Shown here in pieces: positions 16,578 through 25,009 of a stretch of DNA of 64,000 bases. The stretch comes from a bacterium (lineage in GTDB: Bacteria; Patescibacteriota; Microgenomatia; Woykebacterales; RBG-16-39-9b), in the NCBI GenBank assembly GCA_030704665.1, contig JAUYID010000009.1, positions 458,460-522,459 of the forward strand. The letters are read 5' to 3'. The notes under the pieces are model-generated. The model saw only the letters and a list, made by a program, of their open reading frames with translations, ran no database searches and was not told the DNA's origin. Every line of letters starts with the position of its first letter. The stretch's first letter is position 1. The translations under genes and the position numbers were made by a program.

Positions 16578-17147
16578 TTAGACTTCTTTTTCGGTTCCGG
16601 AGAGAACCCGGGGTCGGATTTTTTGCCACCAAGAATAGTCGAGGTTTTTGAGATCCTTGAGAATACGTTTGTAAATTTCCTCAAAATAAGAATTTCCGGC
16701 TTCGATTTCTTCGAAACATTTGCTGATCAAAGATAAACCGTCGGCAACTTTGACCACCTGCGATTCGAGGCTTTTTCGAGATTGTTCTTCATGCCACAAG
16801 GCGACAAAGTCTTTTTTGAGTTTTTCGTCTAGATCCTCAAACATCATCTCAATAGTTTGGTTGTTGACTTCTCGGATGGCGGCGGCGACTTCTTCATTAA
16901 AATATTTAAACGGAGTCAAGATATCCCCGGAAAAGCCCTCCTCTTGATCATGAATGAGGGCCATTTTGACCGCCCTTTCAGTGTTAACTTCAATTTTTTC
17001 TTCTCCCAAAGCCCAACAAAGAATTTGGGTAAAGTAAGAAACATAAAAGCTGTGCTCGGCGACGGATTCGGGAAAATGGACCGGGCGGTTGTTGAAGCGT
17101 TTGACGTGAGCCAAATCACGCTTGAGTAGATGATCAAAAATAGACAT
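16578..17147 (-). CDS. HD-domain phosphohydrolase (YfbR-like 5'-deoxynucleotidase family)
   Basis: H...HD...D pattern: AEHSFYVSYF...LIHDQEEGFSGDILTP. Confidence 0.75.
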   Translation of the reverse strand: MSIFDHLLKRDLAHVKRFNNRPVHFPESVAEHSFYVSYFTQILCWALGEEKIEVNTERAVKMALIHDQEEGFSGDILTPFKYFNEEVAAAIREVNNQTIEMMFEDLDEKLKKDFVALWHEEQSRKSLESQVVKVADGLSLISKCFEEIEAGNSYFEEIYKRILKDLKNLDYSWWQKIRPRVLSGTEKEV

Positions 17148-17228
17148 AAATTTTCCAAAGTATAGTTGAGAAGAAAAATCTTTGCAAAGTCAGGATTTTT
17201 CTTGAGGAAACAGCCTATAGACTATAGG

Positions 17229-17257
17229 TTGTAAATTAGATTCATTTCTGCTATAAT
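17229..17257 (+). promoter_or_regulatory. Sigma70-type promoter TTGTAA-17-(TGc)TATAAT with an extended -10
   Basis: About 70 nt upstream of the SD and ATG at 17325. Confidence 0.55.
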
Positions 17258-17324
17258 ATAGACCCAATAAACCAGTTTAATACAGCACGCTTGCTGTTCC
17301 AGTCAAGGTTCAAGGAGGAATCTG

Positions 17325-17708
17325 ATGGAGTGTCAATTTGGACCAGTTGGTGTTGATTGCAAACACCGAGCTGACGCCCACATCTGCAAGTACTGTGAAC
17401 GACGCGGTTGTGGCAAGGGAGGTCATCCCCACATCATCAAAAGTAGAGGTGTGTGGGTTTGCAGCAAGGTCGACCAGATTTGTCGAGATGCTCGCAAGAC
17501 CTTCCTTCGTGAACTCACCAGGGTCAAGCCTGGAGACACGATCGTTGTCGATGGGCACAACGCTGTGGTCATGGACAAGCAGCCGGTTGAACGCGAACAC
17601 TGCTATGCCCACCACGGGACTCCTGTTCCGATGGTTCGAGTTCGTGTTCGCAGGATTCCGCGCTGGGGTTGTCCTAGATTTTCTGAACACACTTCACGGG
17701 CACGTTAG
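17325..17708 (+). CDS. Cys/His-rich small protein (10 Cys, 11 His); possible metal-binding protein
   Basis: AAGGAGGA SD 5 nt upstream. GC-rich. Two other long ORFs overlap in other frames, so the coding frame is uncertain. Confidence 0.4.
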   Translation: MECQFGPVGVDCKHRADAHICKYCERRGCGKGGHPHIIKSRGVWVCSKVDQICRDARKTFLRELTRVKPGDTIVVDGHNAVVMDKQPVEREHCYAHHGTPVPMVRVRVRRIPRWGCPRFSEHTSRAR

Positions 17709-17710
17709 GA

Positions 17711-17760
17711 AGAGACACTGGTTTTAATTGAGCGGGTGGTAGGGTTTTCAAGGACGCAGC
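17711..17760. terminator. GC-rich hairpin between convergent genes, with no clear U-tract
   Basis: GCGGGTGGTAGGG...CCCTCCACCCGC. Confidence 0.3.
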
Positions 17761-17879
17761 CTGTCTACCCTCCACCCGCTTCGTCCTTTACACCCCAAGT
17801 TAACCTATACTTATTCACTTTAAAAACAGAGAAGCCGCGCGCTTTGAAAAAAAGCAGGCGGCTTGTCTGATCGTTTCTC

Positions 17880-18974
17880 CTAACGCCATTCTTCCTTGGG
17901 CAACCACTCTCCTGACTCCAGCTCGATTTTCTCCCTATGGTAGAGGAAAGTGAAGGCAGTTGCCGGATCGTAGGGAGTGCAGAACCAGCTACCGTTGGGT
18001 TCGCCCTCTTCTCCTCTGACCTTGGCAATACCTTTGGAACTGCGGCAGTGGTGCTGAATCTCAAAGTGAAGATGAGTTCCAGTACTGCCAAAGCTAGAGC
18101 AGACGTAGCCAGAGTTGCCGATCTCAGCGATTTTCTCCCCCTGCTTGACCTTTTGTCCTGGCTTGACTCGAGCCGAATCGGCCTTGAGGTGGAGATAAAC
18201 CGTGTTGACGTCTCGTTCCGTTTGGATGACGATGACGTTGGCAGCGTTGTAAAGCTTGCGACTGCAGCTGCCGGGCCCAAACCTGTCTTCAACCCAAAGA
18301 ACCGTGCCTGCAGCACTGGCAAGTACATCTGGATTTTTGGGGACAAAGTCCCAAGCAAGGCGATTTTCGTGATCGCTACCCTTCTGGCCAGGAGCCTGTT
18401 TGACAAAAGTCTTTGCTCCTTCTTGCCAGGGCACTCGATAGGTAGGATCTGATTCAAGGGCTACAGTCTGCTTTGCGACCGGTGGCGAAGTACAAACCTG
18501 AAGGAAGACATCGTTGTAGTCACTGTCAGTGTAGTCTTCCCAGGAGATTTGGTAGCAACCCAAACTTCCCGCCTCAATACGGGCATGGCGCCAGTCGTCG
18601 GAAAAGAAAGCCGTTCCTGAGCAAAGACTCGAGCTAGGAATGATCTCGAAAACCAGCTTTGAACCTCTCTCGTAGGTGCCGATGTTGATGGTTTTGGGAC
18701 TTGAATCGTAGCGCCCGATGAGCCTTTCGGCCATCTCAGCAGGAAGAATTGAGGCTTCAGGTTCCACCCGCAATGCCGGGGTTTCCAGCAGAAGCAACCC
18801 TTCCGAACACGAGGCTTCCCCGAGCTGCACTTTGACGGAAACTTCTGATTTTTCGGTCAGGACTAAGCCTCCAGACTGCAGAAGCAGGCTTGCAGGCTTG
18901 CCAGTACTTGCCGCCTGAGTTTTACTCTCTCCAAAGGCAGCAAGCAAGAACAATAGAACCAGTAACCAACGCAT
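17880..18974 (-). CDS. Secreted M23 peptidase with an N-terminal DUF4114-like domain
   Basis: Signal peptide. DYNDVFLQV motif. GNSGYVCSSFGSTGTHLHFEI LytM motif. Confidence 0.75.
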   Translation of the reverse strand: MRWLLVLLFLLAAFGESKTQAASTGKPASLLLQSGGLVLTEKSEVSVKVQLGEASCSEGLLLLETPALRVEPEASILPAEMAERLIGRYDSSPKTINIGTYERGSKLVFEIIPSSSLCSGTAFFSDDWRHARIEAGSLGCYQISWEDYTDSDYNDVFLQVCTSPPVAKQTVALESDPTYRVPWQEGAKTFVKQAPGQKGSDHENRLAWDFVPKNPDVLASAAGTVLWVEDRFGPGSCSRKLYNAANVIVIQTERDVNTVYLHLKADSARVKPGQKVKQGEKIAEIGNSGYVCSSFGSTGTHLHFEIQHHCRSSKGIAKVRGEEGEPNGSWFCTPYDPATAFTFLYHREKIELESGEWLPKEEWR

Positions 18975-19136
18975 TGATCACTCTCCTTGCGCTGTGGTTT
19001 TGGCGGTTTGTTAAAGAACTAGCTAGTTGTAGAAAAAGATTTTTGCTTGGTCAATATAGAATAATGAACTCTAGGATAAAGTGGCCGCGTCGTACAATAT
19101 TTGCTTTTTGTGCCTAAGTGAGCTAAAATTAAAGCA

Positions 19137-20060
19137 ATGACTCTGTCCAAGCACATTACTGACTTTCTCGAGTATCTAGAAGTTGAGAAAAATGCTTCCC
19201 AACTGACAATCCGCAACTACGACCATTACCTCAAAAGATTTTTAGGTTTTGCTGGCGATGTTGATCCCAAAGACATTACCTATGAGCTGGTTCGCAAATA
19301 CCGGGTTTTTCTTGCCCGTTGGGTCGATGAGAACTCTGGTTTGCCACTAAAAAAAATCACCCAAAACTATTTCATTATCGCTTTGCGCGCTTTCCTGCGC
19401 TATTTAGCTAAACATGATATCGAAACTTTAGCTGCTGAAAAAGTTGAGCTTGGAGACAACGAGCCCAGACCAATCAAAGTTTTAGACCCAGAGCACCTAG
19501 AAAGATTGCTCTCCGCACCAAACATCGAAAAGATTGAAGGCTTGCGCGACAAAGCTATTCTCGAGGTTTTGTTTTCAACTGGATTGCGGGTCAGTGAGCT
19601 AGCCGGTCTTGATCGAGATCACGTTAACATAGATAAAGGTGAGTTTGGTGTGATTGGGAAAGGAAGAAAAGAACGAATTGTCTTTTTGTCGGATTCTTCA
19701 AAAGAATGGCTTGGTCGCTATATCGCTCAAAGAAAAGATCTCTTCAAGCCAATTTTTATTCGCTATTCAGGTAAAGAGGATCCGAGTAAAGGTGGAGAAA
19801 AAATGCGTCTGACAACCCGTAGTATTGAAAGAATCCTCGAAAAATATGTTCGGCAAGCACATATTCCGATCAAAGCGACACCCCACACCCTGCGTCACTC
19901 TTTTGCTACTGATTTGCTAATTAACGGAGCGGATATCCGCTCGGTGCAGGAAATGCTAGGGCACGCCAACATTTCCACGACTCAAATTTATACTCACATC
20001 ACCAATAAGCAATTGAAAGACGTCCACAAAGCCTTTCATTCAGGAAATAAGTTGGATTGA
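19137..20060 (+). CDS. xerC: Tyrosine site-specific recombinase XerC/XerD
   Basis: R..HTLRHSFATDLL...LGHANISTTQIYTH catalytic C-terminus. N-terminal SAM-like domain. Confidence 0.85.
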   Translation: MTLSKHITDFLEYLEVEKNASQLTIRNYDHYLKRFLGFAGDVDPKDITYELVRKYRVFLARWVDENSGLPLKKITQNYFIIALRAFLRYLAKHDIETLAAEKVELGDNEPRPIKVLDPEHLERLLSAPNIEKIEGLRDKAILEVLFSTGLRVSELAGLDRDHVNIDKGEFGVIGKGRKERIVFLSDSSKEWLGRYIAQRKDLFKPIFIRYSGKEDPSKGGEKMRLTTRSIERILEKYVRQAHIPIKATPHTLRHSFATDLLINGADIRSVQEMLGHANISTTQIYTHITNKQLKDVHKAFHSGNKLD

Positions 20061-20338
20061 AGATGAACGTCTCAAACGGGTTTAAAAGAACTATTAGTCT
20101 TATTCTAGCTTTAATTGGAGCCTATTTTTTAGGCTTGGGAGTACCAATGTCGATTGGTTATGGACTTGGACTTCTGGTTCCTCACTCAGGATATGGAGGA
20201 AACCCCGGTGGTTTTGTTGTTTTTGTTGGAGTGGCCGGTTTCTTAACTATCTTCGCAGTGCCCTTTTTCGGAATAGTAACTTATTTAATTAGTTCCACAC
20301 TAATAAGTAAGTTTCTTCAAAACAAACATATAAATTGA
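20057..20338 (+). CDS. Small membrane protein (Gly-rich, two or three helices)
   Basis: ATGA overlap with xerC. Confidence 0.45.
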   Translation: MKMNVSNGFKRTISLILALIGAYFLGLGVPMSIGYGLGLLVPHSGYGGNPGGFVVFVGVAGFLTIFAVPFFGIVTYLISSTLISKFLQNKHIN

Positions 20339-20407
20339 TTTAAGCGTGGAAAGAGCCACAGCCCTGGTTTCTGTGGCTCAGTTGTGCTCGATTCGCTGTG
20401 GTAGCTC

Positions 20408-20779
20408 TTACGGCGTTTTCGGGTCGCGATAGGGACTGCCGTCTGGGGCATCGGGATGCGAGGGTTGAAAACTCCTTTCTTTTTCGTCTCGAGCTTGCTC
20501 CGAAGATCTCAGGATTTCCAGAAGTCCATCGAGATAGTCGTTGATGAGCTTGAACCAAGGACCGGTGTTTTTGTCTCGTAGCACCGCCGGTAGGGCTTGG
20601 GTTGACCCCGAGAGTTGCGCTCTCTGACCAAGAGAAAGGATACCGACCAGGAATGCCTCCTCAATTAAATCGAGAAGCCTGTCCACTACCATCCCCGGTG
20701 TCTCTCTCCCGTTACGAAGGCTTTCCAGTACTCTTCCTGCAGAGAGGAAGAGCTCGGCCTTGGCTTGGTGACCGTCCAT
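20408..20779 (-). CDS. Hypothetical protein, 123 aa
   Basis: Strong AAGGAGGAG SD. GC-rich. A hairpin (GAGCCACAG/CTGTGGCTC) lies at 20352-20381 between the convergent gene ends. Confidence 0.45.
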   Translation of the reverse strand: MDGHQAKAELFLSAGRVLESLRNGRETPGMVVDRLLDLIEEAFLVGILSLGQRAQLSGSTQALPAVLRDKNTGPWFKLINDYLDGLLEILRSSEQARDEKERSFQPSHPDAPDGSPYRDPKTP

Positions 20780-20873
20780 AACTCTCCTCCTTTTTTTCTT
20801 GGTTCGGATTATAACCGAAAAGTTGTTTGCAAGCTAGAAATAGAAAAAATACTAAGCTATAATCACAAACAAG

Positions 20874-22106
20874 ATGGAACTAGAAAAAACTGATAAGGAA
20901 ATTGCCGACTTAATCAAAAAAGAAGAAAAGCGGCAAAACAGTGTCCTAAACCTGATTCCTTCCGAAAACTACGCTTCGAAGGCGGTTCGGGAAGCTTTGG
21001 GAAGCGTTTTGACGAACAAATATTCTGAAGGTTATCCCGGCAAGCGCTACTACGCCGGCAACCAAGTGGTTGACGAGATCGAAAGTCTAGCCATTGAGCG
21101 AGCCAAAAAACTTTTTGGAGTGAGCTTTGCCAATGTCCAAGCTTACTCCGGTTCCCCGGCCAACCAGGCGATTTATTTTGCCCTCGCTGAGCCTGGGGAA
21201 ACGGTCATGGGTTTGGCTTTGCCGGACGGTGGGCACTTGACTCATGGTTGGCCGGTGAACTTTTCGGGAAAATACTACAAAGCGGTTCAATACGGAGTTG
21301 ATCTGCAAACCGGGCTAATTGATTTTGAAGACTTGGAAAGGCTGGCAAAAGAACACAAACCAAAAATGATTTGGACTGGGGCGACCGCTTACAGCCGCAT
21401 TTTTGATTGGGAAAAATTTCGAAAAATTGCTGACAGCGTTGGAGCTTACTTAATTGCCGACATTTCCCATATTGCTGGGCTTGTTGTTGCCGGTGTCCAC
21501 CCTTCACCGATTGGAATTGCCGATGTCACCATGACCACCACTCACAAAAGTTTGCGAGGTCCACGGGGGGCAATTATTTTGACCAACGATGAAGAGCTGG
21601 CCACAAAAATTGATAAAGCAGTTTTTCCTGGTTTACAGGGTGGGCCCCACAACCAGACCACGGCGGCCATTGCAGTCGCCCTTGAGGAAGCCTCTCGGCC
21701 AGAGTTTCAAGAGTACGGAAAACAAATAGTTAAAAATGCTCGTAAACTGGCCGAAACATTAGTTGCCGAAAGATTAAAGCTGGTTAGTGGTGGGACGGAT
21801 AATCATCTGATGCTGATAAATCTTGGCTCTGAGGGTCCAAGCGGTAAAGAAGTTCAAGAAGCTCTTGAAAAAGCCAAGATTATCGTCAACAAAAATACAG
21901 TTCCAGGTGAGAGCCGAAAACCCTTTGTTACTAGTGGGATTCGTCTTGGGAGCCCGGCGCTGACGAGCCGAGGTTTTAAAGAAGGCGAAATGGAAAAAGT
22001 TGGCAGTTTGGTCGCCAAAATAATTAAGAACTTAGAAAGTGAAGAAAATATCAAGCAAGTTGCCTCAGAAGTAAAAACTTTGGTTGAGGAGTTTCCTTTA
22101 GACTAA
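20874..22106 (+). CDS. glyA: Serine hydroxymethyltransferase
   Basis: Pyridoxal-phosphate lysine motif VTMTTTHKSLRGPRGA. Confidence 0.95.
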   Translation: MELEKTDKEIADLIKKEEKRQNSVLNLIPSENYASKAVREALGSVLTNKYSEGYPGKRYYAGNQVVDEIESLAIERAKKLFGVSFANVQAYSGSPANQAIYFALAEPGETVMGLALPDGGHLTHGWPVNFSGKYYKAVQYGVDLQTGLIDFEDLERLAKEHKPKMIWTGATAYSRIFDWEKFRKIADSVGAYLIADISHIAGLVVAGVHPSPIGIADVTMTTTHKSLRGPRGAIILTNDEELATKIDKAVFPGLQGGPHNQTTAAIAVALEEASRPEFQEYGKQIVKNARKLAETLVAERLKLVSGGTDNHLMLINLGSEGPSGKEVQEALEKAKIIVNKNTVPGESRKPFVTSGIRLGSPALTSRGFKEGEMEKVGSLVAKIIKNLESEENIKQVASEVKTLVEEFPLD

Positions 22107-22477
22107 AAAGGTAAAAAAGCAGACAGAGCCCGGACACGCAAACAGGCAAACTCCCTTTTTCAAGGAAAGTTTAAAAGTTGCGCGTCCGGAGGTGCGTTGT
22201 AGTTAAGTCCAAGTCAAACCAGGTTTCAGCAAAATTTGAAATCCCCCGAAAGCATTCCTACTTTCTCGCTGCTGAGGTTCGGGTTGAGGTGGCTTCCTCA
22301 CACGCGCCATCGTGGGCGTTTTCGCCCAGTCTCTCTGTTTGGACAAAAACTTATGCTGCAAACCCGAAGGGTTTGAGCCTTCCACGAAGCTAGACAGTAA
22401 TAACATAAAGTTACCCTATAGTCAACCGACAAGCAATAAAATGTTCGAGAAACTATTCTTGTCCGCAGTTAAACCTA

Positions 22478-24964
22478 TTGACGGGAAAGCCCGAAACCAA
22501 TTATTCTCAAAGAGTGGTAATCCTTTCTGCCAGTCCTGCGACTATTTTTGATTTTGTTCTGCGTCCCTTTGCTTTGCTTTCACTTTTTGCCATCATCATC
22601 AACGTGGGGCTGATTTTCTTTATCGCTTCCAAGGGCTTAAAAGTTTCGGTCAACCGTTGGTTTATCCTCTTTGTTTCTTCGGTTGTTCTTTGGGGAGCCT
22701 CAGAATTCTTTTCTAGAATCAGCAACAACCCAACGGCAGCGAATTTTTGGTCCTCAACTGGAGCTCCGGGTTGGATCTTTGTGGCTTCTCTTTTTCTTGG
22801 GTTTACCCTTACTTATGTAGGGAAAGAGGAGATTTTGCAGGGCTTTCTAAACAGAATTCTGATTTTTGGTTTTGGCTTTCTCTTTCTTTTCTTTGTTTGG
22901 ACTACAAATGCAGTTGTTGTGCATGACACGGCAAGGTTTAAACTTGTTTACTGGGGTTGGAACGGACCTACTGGAACTTATTTCCCCATTTTCCTTGCTT
23001 GGTTGGAGACTCAATTTTTTACTTCTCTAGTACTGCTCTACCAGTTTTATCGTCGGGCCAAACAACCAGTAAAAACCCAGACTCTTCTCTGTGTCATTGC
23101 TTTGTTGGTTCCCCTGGTGATCGGAACGATCACCGATGGGCTTTTGCCTATTTTCGGGCTCGACTTCCCCGGGACCGCGATTCTAGCTACAAGTGTGATG
23201 GGGATAATCATCACTTACGCGATTCTCAAATACAATCTCTTCACCTTCAACCCGGCAACTTTTATTTCCAATATTGTTGCGACGATGAGCGAAGCGATTT
23301 TGGTCTTCGATAAATTCAAAATTATTCAGTTCGCCAACGATGCAATTGAAAATTTTCTTGGTTACAAAAAAGAGTCCCTGGTAGGTGAAAACGTCAGAAA
23401 GATTTTCTCAGATGAAAAACAATGGCGGGATTTTGAGTATCACGTCATTGGTCCTCTGACTCAAGGGGATAGCGTCAAAGGAGTCGAAACTACCTTTGTG
23501 GCCAAAAATGGAACTAAAGTGCCAGTCAGTTTCTCCGGGTCGTCTTTGAAGGATGAGCAGAACAATATCTTGGCCTATGTTGGAGTTGTGGCAGACGTGC
23601 GGGAAATAAGAAAGCTGGTGACTGATTTGGAGGCAGAACGCAACAAACTCAGTGTTGCCTTGGCAGGTATTGCCGATGGGGTTTTCGTGGTTGGTAAAGA
23701 CGGAAAAGTTTTGATTTTTAACAAGGCTTGTGAAGAAATGCTAGGGGTCAAATTTAGTGATATTGCCGAAAAGGATATTGATAAAGTCATTCAATTTTAT
23801 GAAGGTGATCAACTCCTGAGTGTGCGTGATCTCTTCCCAAAAAAACACGCCAACAAAGATCAGGTAGTAGCGACCAAGTCCAACGTCAAGGCAACTGGGC
23901 CGGCCGGGAAGGAGGTTTACGTTGACATGGTTAGCTCGGCGATTGCGGAGGGAGACATGGTCAATTTGGGGGCAATCATCACTCTACACGATGTTTCCAA
24001 GGAAAAAGAGCTCGAGGAAATGAAACTTGATTTCGTTTCGATGGCGGCTCATGAATTGCGTACGCCACTGACTTCAATTCGGGGTTACCTTTCAGTTCTC
24101 CAAGAAGATGTGGGAACAAAATTGGACCAAGAGGAAAAAGCTTTTCTTGATAAAGCCTTTATTTCCTCTAACCAACTGGCCGCTTTAGTAGAAAATCTGC
24201 TTTCTGTGTCGCGTATTGAACGCGGAGCGCTCAAAGTTCAAGCTGAAAAAGCCGACTGGGCGTCAATCGTCAATGAAGTCTATACCAATTTTCAAAATTT
24301 GGCGGAGCAGAAAAATATCAAGCTTAGCTATTCTCCGGGGAAAGATTTGCTGCCGGTCATGGTCGATAAATTCCGCATCGGTGAAGTCATTTCCAATCTT
24401 GTCGCCAACGCTCTGCAATATACTAAAGCCTATGGTAGTGTCGAGATCATTACCCAAAAGGAAAAAGATGGGGTGCTGACCCAAATCAAGGATAATGGTC
24501 AGGGAATCCCAGAGACCGCCATACCCAAGCTTTTTACCAAATTTTTCCGCGTTTCTGGAGCTCTCGAGCAGGGTTCGAAGGGAACTGGGTTGGGACTTTA
24601 TATTTCCAAAGCCATCATTGATATGCACGGGGGGAAAATTTGGGTCGAGTCTGAGCTTGGAAAAGGCAGTACTTTCAACTTTATCGTACCTTTTGCACCC
24701 AAAGATGCGCCCGACAAAGAGCCAATTGCGGTTTCCACTTCAGCTTTGATTCTTAATGCCAAGAAAATTCAGGAAAAACAGACCGCTGCTTCCGCACCAG
24801 GCAAGGCTGTGGTGGCCAAAGTCGCTGACCCAGAGCCATCTCTTGTCATTGCTACTGCAACTGAAGCTAAGGAAGTTGCCTCTGCAAAAACTGTTTCTAC
24901 AAAAATTTCTGCCCCAGGCCCCGCCCAAAAACCAAAGAGAAAATTTGTGATAAAGTCAAAATAG
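22478..24964 (+). CDS. Sensor histidine kinase: N-terminal multi-helix membrane domain, PAS domains, HisKA, HATPase_c, and a low-complexity Ala/Lys-rich tail
   Basis: H-box MAAHELRTPLTSIRGY. N, G1 and G2 boxes: DNGQGIP...GTGLGLYISK. No adjacent response regulator. Confidence 0.85.
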   Translation: MTGKPETNYSQRVVILSASPATIFDFVLRPFALLSLFAIIINVGLIFFIASKGLKVSVNRWFILFVSSVVLWGASEFFSRISNNPTAANFWSSTGAPGWIFVASLFLGFTLTYVGKEEILQGFLNRILIFGFGFLFLFFVWTTNAVVVHDTARFKLVYWGWNGPTGTYFPIFLAWLETQFFTSLVLLYQFYRRAKQPVKTQTLLCVIALLVPLVIGTITDGLLPIFGLDFPGTAILATSVMGIIITYAILKYNLFTFNPATFISNIVATMSEAILVFDKFKIIQFANDAIENFLGYKKESLVGENVRKIFSDEKQWRDFEYHVIGPLTQGDSVKGVETTFVAKNGTKVPVSFSGSSLKDEQNNILAYVGVVADVREIRKLVTDLEAERNKLSVALAGIADGVFVVGKDGKVLIFNKACEEMLGVKFSDIAEKDIDKVIQFYEGDQLLSVRDLFPKKHANKDQVVATKSNVKATGPAGKEVYVDMVSSAIAEGDMVNLGAIITLHDVSKEKELEEMKLDFVSMAAHELRTPLTSIRGYLSVLQEDVGTKLDQEEKAFLDKAFISSNQLAALVENLLSVSRIERGALKVQAEKADWASIVNEVYTNFQNLAEQKNIKLSYSPGKDLLPVMVDKFRIGEVISNLVANALQYTKAYGSVEIITQKEKDGVLTQIKDNGQGIPETAIPKLFTKFFRVSGALEQGSKGTGLGLYISKAIIDMHGGKIWVESELGKGSTFNFIVPFAPKDAPDKEPIAVSTSALILNAKKIQEKQTAASAPGKAVVAKVADPEPSLVIATATEAKEVASAKTVSTKISAPGPAQKPKRKFVIKSK

Positions 24965-25009
24965 GTTCCGTTATTCTCTTTTATTTCAAGGCTTTCGCAA
25001 TTAAAACAG

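Noticed and set aside
17338-17727. Alternative 129 aa frame and the 126 aa antisense frame across the Cys-rich gene
   Set aside because: Only the 17325 frame has a canonical SD at the correct spacing from the promoter. The others were kept as a caveat in the finding.
17765-18457. 230 aa minus-strand ORF
   Set aside because: A different frame overlapping the well-supported M23 peptidase gene 17880..18974.
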